Of a DNA stretch of 64,000 nucleotides, positions 13,695-27,229 are shown in pieces. The stretch comes from Eledone cirrhosa (Eukaryota). The translations under genes and the position numbers were made by a program. Location: positions 16,120,001 through 16,184,000 of the forward strand of contig OZ024750.1 of the NCBI GenBank assembly GCA_964016885.1, written 5' to 3'. Below the pieces are notes generated by a model, which worked only from the letters and a program-made list of their open reading frames with translations, was not told where the DNA came from and did not search any database. Positions within the stretch are counted from its first letter, which is position 1. Every line of letters starts with the position of its first letter.

Positions 13695-14780
13695 ATTTGC
13701 AAACATGAGGAAAAAACTGCACAACACCCAATAGAGAATATGACAAGGGATTGCAGGGTACCGAAGCCCGATATAATTTGCTACCGATGTAAGCATGCAG
13801 ACATAGCCAACAATTGCGACCAGAGTAGTTACTCCTTGAAGCGATTGGAGGCACTATTTCAGTTGCTGCCCATACCGGAATGTTCTGGTGGCATGAAGCT
13901 GTCACGAGCTCTTGTTGACACGGGCTGCTTCATGACATTAGTGACTCAGGAGGTGATTAAAAACTGGAGTGCGATGAGTGGCTTGAGGGTAGTTGATGGC
14001 AGGGTGATTAGATGAAGAGGTAGCAGTGAGGTGGAGATGGCAGTATGAAGAACAGAAATAAGACTGCGGGCGATCGTGATCGACCATGTTGTGGATGGAA
14101 TTGGGATAAGGGGCATGGATGTAATTGGCTGCTTAGGAAGCGTTACAATGAGCGAGGTCGAGGTAACACTTGGTAGTGTGGGAACACCATGCGCTGTGAG
14201 CATGCAACAGGGGAACAGGGAGATCCATGAAGAAAAATGTACTGTTCATACCATACAAGACAAGGATTTCAAGGCTGCATTCGATGGTCAGTGGTAAATA
14301 GTTGAGTGGTACTGGAAAGGAGAGCCCCTGACGTTAAGTGAGCTGCTATCAGCATACCCTGAAAGGGGATGCTAGAAGCAAGTTTGAAGGAGAGGTGTAA
14401 AGATGGATTAAGGAGGGTATATTAATCCTTTGGAAGGAGGAGATAAAGAGTGGAGTGTTGCCATTAAAGACAGTAGAGTAACCAACGAAGAACAAGGTCA
14501 GACCGGTGCTGGATTTTTACGAGCATGTGTCATGCCATACAGGCGGCGAGGTCAACGATGTCTGCAGAGAAACCTTGTAAGAGTAGAGACAAATGACAGG
14601 GATCTCCATGATTGTAGACAAAGTCAGTATATCTGCAGCTACACATAGCTGAGAAATTGTGGAAGTATCAGATGGTCAGATATAAGGACAAGGCATACTA
14701 CCTGACTAGTCAGGAGTTTGGGTTGAATTTTGCACCAAAGATCATGGCAACAGTTCTCAAGGACATTATGGGGAGGGTGA
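13695..14780 (+). mobile_element. Decayed Ty3/Gypsy-like LTR retrotransposon gag-pol fragment
   Basis: Degenerate zinc knuckle ([13 protein letters not shown]), aspartic protease motif ALVDTG, and RT N-terminal motifs (RWIKEGILIP, RPVLDF, FGLNFAPKIM), broken by stops and frameshifts. Confidence 0.75.
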
Positions 14781-15699
14781 AAGACTAACAACAGGGCAAA
14801 AACATGGCTAAAGACCAAAATATTCAAAGTTATATTTAGCTCATACATTAGAAATATATTGACAAACTAAATCTTCAGCTCTTCATAATTTTTCTTATTT
14901 TTATTTTCCTTTCTCTCCATCTATTTTCTGAAGAATGACCCATGTCTAAAATGTCAAAACAACTTTATCCCTGGAGTTAGTTTGAGGAAATTTTAAATTT
15001 AATGAAAACAAACATGCAAAGACCTTGAATAGAGTCTGCCAAAGTCTGGAAATATAATCATCACAAAACCTTTCAAAAAAAAAAAAAAAAAAAAAAAAAA
15101 GACAACAGGGCAAAAATATAGAAAAAAGCTCAATACCAAAAGATCCAAAGTTATATTTAACTCATATGTTTGGAATATATTGACAAAGCAAATCTTTGAC
15201 TGTTCACTTAAAGATGGAATCTATGTTTCACAAGAGAAATTGTAAAGAGATTATGTCAATGTCTTGTCATTTTAAACCTATCATATATTTTGACAGATTT
15301 TCTATTATTCAACATTTTCGACTTCAATCTGTAACAAATCTTTCATAATCTTACAGAATCTTACAGAGAACTTGAGAAAACAACATGATGTATCTGTGTG
15401 TATGTGTATACATCTATCAATCTATCTATCTAAATATGTATGTCTATATGTATATGTGTGTATAATCATGTGTATACACACACATATATACATGCACACA
15501 AACACGCATATATATATAAATATATATATATATGAATATATATACACACATATACATATAAATATATATACAAACATAAATATATATACATATATAAAAT
15601 ATATATATATACATATATAAAAATATATATATATATATAAAATATATATATATATAAAATGAAATGAATGAATGAAATGACATATATATATGAAAATAT

Positions 15700-16331
15700 A
15701 TGGTGGCTGCCAACTCGTTTTCGAGTACGGCCACTAATTTATATCCATGTAGGAGAACCCCTACCGATGCGCTGAACGAGTGTGACTTTTTAATCCAGCC
15801 AGCGATTTGAAAACTCTGGTACAAACACTACACTTGTGACAATTATTGACACAGTGCTGGGCCCTTGGTACCATGTGACGACAAGTGCAGAGAGATCTCC
15901 AGATATAAAGCAATGCCTGTGCCGTGAAGCTTTTATAGTGAGCAAAGGCACTGCACAAAGCCAGTCCCACTCTCTTAACCAAGATGATATTTACCAAAAA
16001 GAAGAACAAGTCAACATCATTGGATACCATCAGGGTTGCACGTGTTATATCAGAGTTTTCCTTCTCCTTGTTCTCACTGTCTCTCCTTCTCCTAGAATTC
16101 TGCCTTGACAAAGGCTAAGGGGTCATCTCTCCCGGTGATTTTGGATGGCCATTGACTCTTAAGAGCTCCTTTGCCCTTTGACAGGTTTTGTTTTTAGTCC
16201 TGCAGGATGTCCAAAGTCACCCTCCTCACCAAGAAACCTTGGTGGGGTTGCCAGTTTAGTCGCCAACGACCCGACCATGGGACAGGTTGTACTGGAATAC
16301 ATGTTGCCAGTAGCACCAACTGGTGACCTGA
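15700..16331 (-). mobile_element. Non-autonomous RTE-derived element
   Basis: Highly similar to 62801-63407. Contains [17 protein letters not shown] and a simple-repeat tail. Confidence 0.7.
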
Positions 16332-16574
16332 ATATATATACATGAATATATATACATATATATATACACACACACACATGCACATATATATATATACACA
16401 CACACACATATACACACACACTCATGCTTGAGTGTGGGTGGTTGTATATAAAGCAGCAGTCATGATGTTAGAGCCAATTTATATATACTCATTAAATAGC
16501 AGCGTGTCCAATGTATATGTGTGTGCATGTATGTATATATATTTATATATGTGTGTGTGTAATATATGTGTGTG

Positions 16575-16614
<40 letters not shown>

Positions 16615-16947
16615 TATATACATATATATACATATACATACACATTCATACACATACACACATATATATATATCGAGATCGTGTAGGTGTCACGACAAAA
16701 AAAAAACACACAGTCCACGCTGTAATGTGGCCGTGTAGGTAACACGGTAAAAAGTTCCCAGTTCCACACTGTAAATGTGGTTGGTGTTAGGAAGGGCATC
16801 CAGCCGTAGAAAACCTGCCAGATAGTCCTATATGGGCGAGACACGGTCACCCGACCAATCTTGCCCCAAGTGGGACAACTCCCGTCTAACCCATGCTAGC
16901 GTGGAAGATGGACCTTAAACGAAGATGATGATATATATATATATATG

Positions 16948-16983
<36 letters not shown>

Positions 16984-17929
16984 TATATATACATACACAC
17001 GCATACATATATACATACACACGCATACATACATATATACATACACACATATGCATGTATATATACACACACACGTACATATATATATATGCAACACACA
17101 CACATATATATATATATATACACACATGCATGCATACACAGACATACATCAACCAATATACTCATTAAACAGGAGCATGATGTGAACAATTAAACGTGTT
17201 CCTCTTTTTGACATTTTACATGGTTAAAAGCTTGTGTTCATTTAAAGTACATTTTCTCTGACGTCATTAGAAGTCTGCTGTTGACTTAGTGTGATGGAGT
17301 GCAGCATAACTTCTAGTTAACATTGCTCGTTGGGCAGGCAGGCAACATTTTATTTGAGGTCAGTCAAACCTTATGCCCTGCTTGACTTCCCTCTAACCAG
17401 ATTCCCTTATCAACCTTTTCGATACTAAACCACCGCTGGCTTTATCTTATAATTATGTTTGTTTTAAAGTGTTGATGTTTATCTAATAATCTTTCATCAT
17501 AATTTTATATAGGAACATTTGTCAATTTTTTTTTTTTTTTTTTTTTTTTTTAGAAAGGATGTACATATTTATTTAAAAATAATTGTTTCTACTTTAGGCA
17601 CAAGGCTAGCAATTACCCAGTGCATTACTAGTACTTTATTTTATCGACCCGGAAAAAAATAATGAAAACAACTATAATTACGGCAATAATAATGGTTTCT
17701 TATATAGGTAGGAGGCCAGTCATTTTGAGGAAGGGGAAAGTCGATTAAATCGACCCAAGTGCGTGACTGGTACTTTATTTTATCGACCCTGTAAGGATGA
17801 AAGGCAAAGTTAACCTCGGCGGGATTTGAACTCAGACCATAAAGGGCCGTAACTCTGTGCTGCAAAGCATGGTGTCCGACCCTCTACCGATACTGCCAAT
17901 CCACCGCCCTAATAACGGCAATAATAATT

Positions 17930-18280
17930 TTAAAAAAAGGGAAACAAAAGGAAAGAAAGATTAGGGAAATATTGAGAAAAAAGAGAGAAAGAAAGAGAAA
18001 AAGGAATGGGAAGGGGGGGGGATATGGCAAGAGCTCTGGTGTTGCAGAAGAGGGGAGGGGTGAAGGGGGAAGGTGATTGGGCTATGGGCCTAGGCAAGAG
18101 GGCAGAAGTGCTGCGGCCTGCTGACAAGAACGCAAAAGCATTCCCGCGGACGATGGCCAGTGACACCTGCTGCAACAGCCACCCAACCTCACGGGGCTCC
18201 CTCCTCAGATGGGCCGCCACCAATGCTCCAATCTTACAGAGGAGCTTGGCACTACGGGGTCCAAGATTATATTCCAAACA
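17930..18280 (-). mobile_element. 3' fragment of an RLE-type non-LTR retrotransposon (CRE/HERO-like)
   Basis: WLLQQVSLAIVRGNA resembles the QRxSxAxxRGNA C-terminal motif of restriction-like-endonuclease LINEs. A pyrimidine-rich tail follows. Confidence 0.55.
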
Positions 18281-20179
18281 ACAGCTTAATAATTAGAAGG
18301 GTAGCGATATGATTAAATTACTCAAAATCTTGATTATTTAAAAGGTTATTTGCAAATCATAGACAGGCAGCATATTTCATTAGAAATATGGTAATGAAAG
18401 GATTAAGTGTCTATATTTATCTACAAGGCCTGGAGAGGAATGGGCTCCGCCACGTTTAAATGCCCCCAAAACGCCTTCAGGAATGAATTAAGTTTGTGAA
18501 CTGAGGTTCCAGTGTGAATATATATATCATCATCATCACCATTTAGCATCCATTTTTCCAAGCTTGCATTGGTTAGACGGGTCATCCACACTGGGAGGCA
18601 AGTCTGTCCAGAATTGAACGCGCCATATCTTGCTCCGACGAGGACTGTAAATTTGGCCGGGTATCTCACAGCTCGATGCCTTTGCTAACAGCAACCACAT
18701 TTACAGTGTGGAACTGGATATATATATATTATATGTGTGAGTATATGTGCTCCTGTCTATGTTTGTGTTATTGTCCTGAAATCTAGCAGTATGACAGGGC
18801 AAGTGCATTAAAATAAATACCACCAGATTTGAAATACTGGGGTTGAATTTTGATCAACTAAATCCTGTAAGCCGGGCCCCAGTATGGTCACAGTCCAATG
18901 ACAGAAACCAGTAAGAGAATAAAAGCACATATATATATATATGTATGTGTGTTTATATCTGCTTGTGTCTTGTAACTTCGAGGTTACAGGATACAAGCAG
19001 ATCAATAAAGTAAGTATCAGTCTTGAAAAAAGAAGACTTTTATTGATTAAATATCTTCAAGGTGGTATTGATAAAGAATAAAGACTGGGGTCAGTTGATA
19101 TGATCAACTAAAATCGCCCCGCCATCCGAAAATGTTGCCCCAGCATGGTCGCAGTCTAATGCCTGAAACAAGCTAAAGAATAAAAGAATTGATGATTGAT
19201 AGTAGGAAACTTTAATGAGAAATGAAGTAATACCTGAACAGATAAATTGATTGATGATTAAAGTGGAGTATATTTGGTCCTCCCCACCATCACCACCAAC
19301 AGTGAAATTGGTTGTGCGTAAAATACGATAAAATTACAATTTCTCATTCATCATGAAGGAAGAAAAAACCCAGACTTTAAAGAAAATCAAGTGAAAAATG
19401 TCATCTGTTTTCATTTGCTATCATATTATCAATTTAAAAAATACCATCTATCCGTAGTAAGATAAGAAACCTGACGTATTAAGATCTAATCTATATGTCT
19501 TTATTTCACGTTTATGTGACACACTTCTAGATCCGAGCTTTTCAAACTGTGTGGGTCATGAGAGTTTAGTGTGTCACTATTAATCTAGGTGTGTTGTAAC
19601 TTTTGTGTGTCACCAATGGTCTCTAGATATGTTGTGCTATCCAATAATCTTTAAGTATGTCACAACACTTTTGTGTGTCACTAATAATCTCTAGATGTGT
19701 CACAACACTTTAGTGTGCTCACAAACCAAACTTGTCAGATGCTGTTTTATAAATGATCTCCAGAACTTGTTGGACCCTCACTAACAGTTCACATATGACC
19801 TCTTTGATATTATTGGTAACATCAACACAAGAGTTCAACAACCATCAGAGGACTTATTCCTGTAAAGTGGTAGCTCTAGTGACCCATGTGAAGTGGTAGT
19901 GGGGCTGTGCTACGATACACAGTACATTGTGTGAAATGGGTGATGTTAGGAAGGACATCCAGCTGTAGAAACCATGTGAGAATGAAATGTATGAGCAAAC
20001 CATAGTTCTCTGAATTTTCTAGTCTCAGAAAGTTTTGCCAAACTGTCCAACCTTTACAAGCATGTAAAATAGACATGTAATGATGACGATGACAATCGTG
20101 ATATATATATATATATATATACATACATATACATTTAATTATGTAATAAACAACATGAGAATTATTCCATTGAATCTGG

Positions 20180-20250
20180 TCCGTTCTGATGAGCGATTTC
20201 AGACGTCTCTGTTGAGCTCGTCTGTCTTCATGAAACCTTTGGTAAATGGA
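20180..20250 (+). ncRNA. Type I hammerhead ribozyme motif
   Basis: UCCGUU-CUGAUGA-stem II (includes CAGACG/CGUCUG)-GAAA-CC UUU GG-UA-AAUGGA, giving a GUA cleavage triplet. Confidence 0.75.
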
Positions 20251-20631
20251 ATAATTGTCTTATGTTGTTTATTACATAATTAAATAGCTCTGTAGCATAC
20301 ATAGAACACTCCTTTCCTTTACCCTTCCTACAGAAATACTTCATATATATAGTCAGTAGGCACCTCTTAACCAAATATACACCCCGATCCACTACCCCTA
20401 CCCTATCCTCCCACTCCCACCACCACCACCCTCTCTCTATAACACAGTAAAAAGTTCCCAGTTCCCCACTGTAAATGTGGTTGGTGTTAGCAAGGGCATC
20501 CAGCCGTAGAAAACCTGCAAGATAGTCCTATATGAGCGAGACACGGTCACCCGACCAACCTTGCCCCAAGTGGGACAACTCCCGTCTAACCCATGCTAGC
20601 GTGGAAAGTGGACGTTAAACGAAGATGAGAT

Positions 20632-20663
<32 letters not shown>

Positions 20664-20701
20664 ATTAAATAAATGGAAAACTATATTTATAAAACCATAT
20701 T

Positions 20702-20767
20702 TATTTCATTATATATATTTCGGGGATATCATATTAACAATATGCTATGCCTTCATCAGACAAAATA
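20702..20767 (-). ncRNA. Type I hammerhead ribozyme motif (mirror copy, left arm)
   Basis: Exact reverse complement of 20937-21002. Confidence 0.7.
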
Positions 20768-20936
20768 CAATATAAACAGTTTTATAGATAAATATATTCG
20801 ACATACCGTAATAAACATCAACTTCATTTGAAAAGGTTTACTCTAGCAGGTTCACTGCTAGAGTAAACCTCTTCAAATGAAGTTGATGTTTATTACGGTA
20901 TGTCGAATATATTTATCTATAAAACTGTTTATATTG

Positions 20937-21002
20937 TATTTTGTCTGATGAAGGCATAGCATATTGTTAATATGATATCCCCGAAATATATATAATGAAA
21001 TA
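20937..21002 (+). ncRNA. Type I hammerhead ribozyme motif (family A, right arm of palindrome)
   Basis: UAUUUUGU-CUGAUGA-AGGCAUAGCAUAUU GUU AAUAUGAUAUCCCC-GAAA-UAUAUA-UA-AUGAAAUA. Stem I includes GU pairs. Confidence 0.7.
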
Positions 21003-21130
21003 AATATGGTTTTATAAATATAGTTTTCCATTTATTTAATATTGTAAATATACTCCAAATATTTGTCGAGTGCTTTTATATCAGTTATAAATATTTACTA
21101 GTTGTAACCCAACAATTTTAAATATAACTT

Positions 21131-21164
<34 letters not shown>

Positions 21165-21379
21165 CTTACACACATGGAATAAAAGAAGAACAATGGCAAG
21201 AAAGAGCAGCAGGGATGAATGAATGCATGAGAACTTAGTAATTATTGCAAGTGGATAACTGGCTAATGAATAACTAAGAACTAATACTTTGTTGCATGGT
21301 GAGATAGATAGAGTGTGTGTGAAGGAGAGAGGGAGAGAGTTTGGAAGATGTACAGATAAAGAGATGGATTGATAGTGTA

Positions 21380-21415
<36 letters not shown>

Positions 21416-21842
21416 CATACATACATACACATATATATATGAATATATACATACACATATATATATGCATATATACATACATATATGCATATATACATAC
21501 ATATATACATATATACATACATATATACATATATACATACATATATACATATATACATACATATATACATGCATATATACATACATATATACATACATAT
21601 ATACATGCATATATACATACATATATACATACATATATACATGCATATATACATACATATATACATACATATATACATGCATATATACATACATACATGC
21701 ATATATACATACATACATGCATATATACATACATACATGCATATATACATACATACATATATACATACATATATACATGCATATATACATACATACATAC
21801 ATACATATATACGTACATACATATATATGTGCATACATATAT

Positions 21843-21934
<92 letters not shown>

Positions 21935-22162
21935 TGAGTGAAAGAGAGAGGAGGGAAGTGGATGGTTGTTTAATGATATAAAGAGAAAGAGAGCGAGAGA
22001 GAGAGAGAAAGTGAGAGAGAAGGGGAGGAAGAATGTGAGGGACAGGGAGAGAATGAGAGAGGGAGGTACTCAAGAATACTCCAGGAAGCCATTCAGACAA
22101 TTAGGATGTCTTCATAAAACAACAATCACCACAACTGTTACAATAGTAACAAATACCACAAG

Positions 22163-22210
<48 letters not shown>

Positions 22211-22597
22211 ATATGCCCCCCCCCCCCCCACCGCAAGGTGGTCGTGGAGGTGCCACGGCAAAAAAGCACCCAGCCCACACTGTAAAGTGGACGTGTAGGC
22301 GCCACGAAAAAGCACCCAGCACTCACTGTAAATGAGGTTGGTGTTAGGAAGGGCATCCAGCTGTAGAAATCAAGCCAGATCAGTTCCTGTATGAGCAAGG
22401 CATGGTCAGCCGACCAGACACTGCCCACAACAGGACAACCCGTCTAACCCATGCTAGCGTGGAAGAATGGACGTAAAACGGTGATGATGATGATGATGAT
22501 GAGTAATAATAATAAATTTGAAGACTAAAATCCAAAGAGGGCTCGATAAGGGTGAAAGCAGCGATTCTTTGCTTAAACTTTAATCTGTTATTTTAAT

Positions 22598-22629
<32 letters not shown>

Positions 22630-22634
22630 TATAG

Positions 22635-22966
22635 AGGCACATGGCTTAGTGGTTAAAGCATTGGCCTTGCAATCGAAAGGTTGTGAGTTCAATTCTCAGA
22701 CCGGGTGATGTGTTGTTTCCTTGAGCAAGACACTTTATTTCACATTGCTCCAGTTTACTCAGCTGTAGAAATGAGATGATAGGGACTAGGGTCCATATCA
22801 TTCCTCTGCAAAGTGGTTGTGGAGGTGCCACGGCAAAAAAAGCACCCAGCCCTCACTGTAAATGAGGTTGGTGTTAGGAAGGGCATCCAGCTGGAGAAAT
22901 CAAGCCAGAATCAGTTCCCGTCCCACCCTTGCAAGCAGGGAAAAGTGGACGTAAAATGAAATGATG
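22635..22966 (+). mobile_element. tRNA-derived CORE-like SINE
   Basis: Copy of 6001-6330. Confidence 0.8.
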
Positions 22967-23134
22967 AAATATATATATATATATATATATATGACCAAAA
23001 GTTAAACAAGGTTCATTGATTAATCAATGAATATAGTTTTACAATAGATTAGAAGCACTCAACAAAGAAGTTTTCTGGAGTTATTAATATTAATTCAAAA
23101 TATTAATGAATATACACATTCATGTGATCAAATA

Positions 23135-23200
23135 TATTTTATTATATATATTTCAGAGGCACTGTGCTGTTTCCTCAGTACGTCCTCATCAGATAAAATA
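23135..23200 (-). ncRNA. Type I hammerhead ribozyme motif (divergent family A)
   Basis: UAUUUUAU-CUGAUGA-GGACGUACUG..CAGUGCCUCU-GAAA-UAUAUA-UA-AUAAAAUA, with a perfect 8-bp stem I. Confidence 0.8.
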
Positions 23201-23255
23201 AATTGATGTCCGACATACCTCAACTGTGCTGATGGTTCAATTCCAGTCTTGGCAG

Positions 23256-23303
<48 letters not shown>

Positions 23304-23314
23304 ATGTGTGTGTG

Positions 23315-23519
23315 AGAGTCGGGTTCAGTCGGAGTAACCACAGTAAGTAAAGTACTCAATACATAGTAGAGTATATACAAGATTTAATATAGAAATGGCT
23401 TCTACAGGACTAGAACTGTTTCATTCGAAGGAAATCGTCAGGAAAGCCCTGCTTTAATGATGATTTCCTTTGAATGAAACAGTTCTAGTCCTGTATAAGC
23501 CATTTCTATATTAAATCTT
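23315..23519 (-). mobile_element. Fold-back HHR element, family B (other copies at ~47320-47455, ~54355-54531, ~60240-60414)
   Basis: Shared TAACCACAGTAAGTAAGGTACTCAATAC..AGTAGAGT tail and an inverted repeat at 23379-23519. Confidence 0.7.
23397..23448 (-). ncRNA. Type I hammerhead ribozyme motif (family B)
   Basis: GGCUUUC-CUGACGA-UUUCCUUCGAAU-GAAA-CAG UUCUAGUC CUG-UA-GAAGCC. The opposite arm (about 23451-23501) has a mutated core, AUGAUGA. Confidence 0.7.
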
Positions 23520-23541
23520 ATATATATATATATATATATAT

Positions 23542-23780
23542 AGAGGAGACTGAGGTTGGCTGGACATGCTCACCGACATCCAGAGTTGACATTGCACTCA
23601 GTGCTCCTTTGGGAGCCCCTACATGGACACACTAGAAGAGGAAGACCAAGGTTAACATATGTTGATGCCCTAAGGACAGACACTGGTCTGTTGGAGATGC
23701 AGGATATGGCAGCGATAATGAGGGACAGAGACCGCTGGAGAGAACTCGTCCATGGATCTCGGGAATTTTACCCACCTTAG
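23542..23780 (+). mobile_element. RTE/RTEX-like LINE ORF2 3' fragment
   Basis: RRLRLAGHAHRH...LLWEP..RRGRPRLTYVDAL...DRDRWRELV. Confidence 0.75.
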
Positions 23781-24069
23781 ATAGATAGATATATATATAC
23801 ACACAGATATATATATATATATAAAGGCATTGGAAGTTTACTTGAAGCATTGAGTAGTGAGGTATAAATGTTTGAAGTTAGGTCAGAACAATGCAGGTTT
23901 GAACACTCAGAACACTGGATTAACCCCTTTACTTTCCTCAGACGAAAAGATATCTCGAAATATCAGGATATATAAATAAATTAATGTAAAAGACTAATTG
24001 TCAGCATTATCTTTTGCATTTATATTTATATTCTATATCCAAACCTACATTGTTCTGGTCTTCTAACTT

Positions 24070-24109
<40 letters not shown>

Positions 24110-24183
24110 CATATACATACATATAAACACATATATACACATATAGACATACATATATACATTATATATATATATATATACAT

Positions 24184-24217
<34 letters not shown>

Positions 24218-24331
24218 AAGAGAGAGAGTGAGAGAGAGAGAGGTGAGGGTGAAGGACTCTTCGGCAATTGCTTTAAGCTACTGTGAGTCTAAGCATGCTG
24301 GGGCACCACCAGGAATAAACACAAGCAACAG

Positions 24332-24390
<59 letters not shown>

Positions 24391-24578
24391 AACAAATGGT
24401 GTGTAATCAATATTGAGTTAAATAGATATTGTTTCTTATTTTCTAGATTTATAGTGATTAGAGAGAGATTGAGAGAGAGAGATTGAGAGAGAGAGATTGA
24501 GAGAGAGAGAGAGAGAGAGATTGAGAGAGAGAGATTGAGAGAGAGAGATTGAGAGAGAGAGAGAGAGAGAGAGAGATT

Positions 24579-24610
<32 letters not shown>

Positions 24611-26218
24611 TAGAGAGATGTATAGATCATGTGTTTGAAAGATTGGTCTATAGAAATGGTGTTTTGCTAGGAAGATTCTACATGTCTTTCAACTAATGAT
24701 AGAATATTGAGATAGGGTGGGCTGGGGATGTTGGGTGTTGTTTTCTGGAGATGGTAACGAGCAAGATGTGGATAATTATCTCAATTTAGCAGCACTGACA
24801 GAAAACAAAAGATACAGACTCTTTCTTTTCTGAACAATGTCTCGAAGACTACCACCTACTTGCCTATGGCATAATGCCTCAGTCATAGACCATTTTTAAT
24901 AAAAGGATAACAGCAACAACAATATTAGCAACAACATTACCAACAACAATAGTAACACCAACAACAACAAGAGCAAAAGCAACAATGACACCAACAACAA
25001 CACTATTGATAATGACTCACAAAGACACAAGACAAAATTTCTCAGCGAGATAGGTTATCATCATCATATAATCATCATTTATTTCATCTGCTCCTCCATG
25101 CTGGTATAGGCTGGATAGGTTATTACAGACCAAGTCAGTATTTAGTTGCAGCTACGTTCCTCCTAAACGTATCAAAGATCACCTCTCACTCAAAAAGTTC
25201 CATTTCTGGCAAGATTTTTCCGGTTGAATGCCTTTCTAAATACCAACCTCTTTACAGGGTGTACTGGGTGCATTTTATCATAGTGCTATCGCTAGAGATA
25301 TTGTTTGAAATATGACTGAAGAGTCTTCTCTACACATTTGAAATGATTTTAAAGGTGGTAGTGCTGGTGACACAATAAAATGCTCTTAGTACATGCTGCT
25401 AAGTGGGTGACATTAGGAATGACATCCAGCAATAGAAACCATGTCAAAAATAGAAAATATTAGTGAGATGAGGTCATCTGATTGGTCAAGCCACAGATTG
25501 TGACAATACGTCAAACCCATGCAAGATTGGAAAATTAAACAGTGATGATGATGATGATATATAGAGGACATATAATCAAATCCATACTAACATGTGGTCT
25601 CTGTATATATGTGTGTACATGTATGATCTGTGTGATCTTGTTATATATACAGCAGGCATATAATCACATCTGACACATGTAGTCCGTGTGTGTATGTAAG
25701 TACATGTGTCTATATATAGGCATGCATGCATAAATGTGTGTATCATCATCATCATCATCACCGTTTTACGTCCGTTCTTCCACGCTAGCATGGGTTAGAC
25801 GGGTTGTCCTGTTGTGGGCAGTGTCCGGTCGGCTTACCTTGTCTTGCTCATACGGGAACTGATTCTGGCTTGATTTCTACAGCTGGATGCCCTTCCTAAC
25901 ACCGACCTCATTTACAGTGAGTGCTGGGTACTTTTTTTCCGTGGCGCCTACACGTCCACTTTACAGTGTGGGCTGGGTGCTTTTTTGCCGTGGCACCTCC
26001 ATGACCACTTTGCAGTGGGAGCATATTGTCTATGTGTATGTATATATATATATATATATAAAACAAAGAAATTGTGGTAAGGAACCAGGTAGACCATAAT
26101 GCACCAGCATATGATACTTAGGGTAGTAGAGTGGGTAATAGGAAAAGAGTTAGCTGTCAAACGTTTGGATGTAGCTGTCAAACGGCCGGAGTCCAGCCGT
26201 CGAGGTCCTGACTCTTTT

Positions 26219-26256
<38 letters not shown>

Positions 26257-26432
26257 CCCATCACTCGTCATTTCCATTTACCAGACAATTCATCCCTAAA
26301 TGTTTCAGTCCTTAGGTCTAGTTTCCCCTAGTGTGAAAAGACATGTATTTTCTCAAAAATAATTTTTTTTTTGTTTGTTTCTGCTGCTGACCGTCTTGTC
26401 AATCTTTCTATTTCTTCTTTAATTTCTCAATC

Positions 26433-26473
26433 TATTTTCTGATGAAGAACTCGCGTCTGAAACGTTAAGAATA
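26433..26473 (+). ncRNA. Minimal type I hammerhead motif (Penelope-type, palindromic AACGUU in place of stem III)
   Basis: UAUUUU-CUGAUGA-AGA ACUCGCG UCU-GAAA-CGU-UA-AGAAUA. Confidence 0.6.
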
Positions 26474-26554
26474 TTTCCCTACTATATCAAGCGTAAAACT
26501 AATAATATATTTCTTCATTGTACAGTCATTTGCTTTATTTCTGATTGCCTTTTG

Positions 26555-26631
<77 letters not shown>

Positions 26632-26789
26632 TTAGTCCAGAATTAGCCGTCGAAATGGCTTGAGCTCAGCTGTCGGGGTCTTACTGGTTCCTATATATAT
26701 ATAGATATAGATATGTGTGTGTGCGTGTGTATATATATAGAGTAATAATAATAAATTTGAGGACTAAAATCCAAAGAGGGCTCGATATA

Positions 26790-27229
26790 TATCATTTAAG
26801 TTATTTTGATTACCCATGGGTAAAACTGGTGGTTCAGGTTGTCAAATCCTGATGTAACAAATCAATTAAAGCATTCAACGTTTTGCAAGTCATCCATCGT
26901 AGATGAGGTATCCAGCGGTTGGCGCAGCAACGGAGTGAAGTATTTAGTAAAACGACAACAGAAGGCTGGGTTGGGAGATATGCTTTAAAATTTTAATTCC
27001 GTGAAATCACTATACATATCTCAATGGCCTAGCCCCATCATTCAAATATGATGCAAGACAATTTCAAGTTTGGGTTCACCGTAACCCTGTTATGTAATTC
27101 TATCGAAGTTACCTGATGAAATCGTGCAGTCTTGCATCATAATTGGACGATGGAGCTGAGCCATTGAAATATGTACAGTGATTTCACGGAATTAAAATTT
27201 TAAAGCATATCTTCCAATCCGACCATCTG

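Larger units (their letters stand above)
20658..21136 (+). mobile_element. Fold-back HHR element, family A (192-bp arms, 5-nt loop, ~90-bp unique tail)
   Basis: 20658-20849 is the reverse complement of 20855-21046 with one mismatch seen. (TA)n on both sides. Confidence 0.8.

Noticed and set aside
16245-16330. HDV-like ribozyme at the 5' end of the RTE-derived element (also ~63325-63405)
   Set aside because: P2/P4-like pieces are present (CCAGT/ACTGG, GTCG/CGAC-TAA), but I could not build P1 and P3 consistently.
23935-23968. Minimal HHR-like motif, and a similar one at ~14920-14960
   Set aside because: Core nucleotides are mutated (CAGACGA; AAAA for GAAA), so at most decayed relics.
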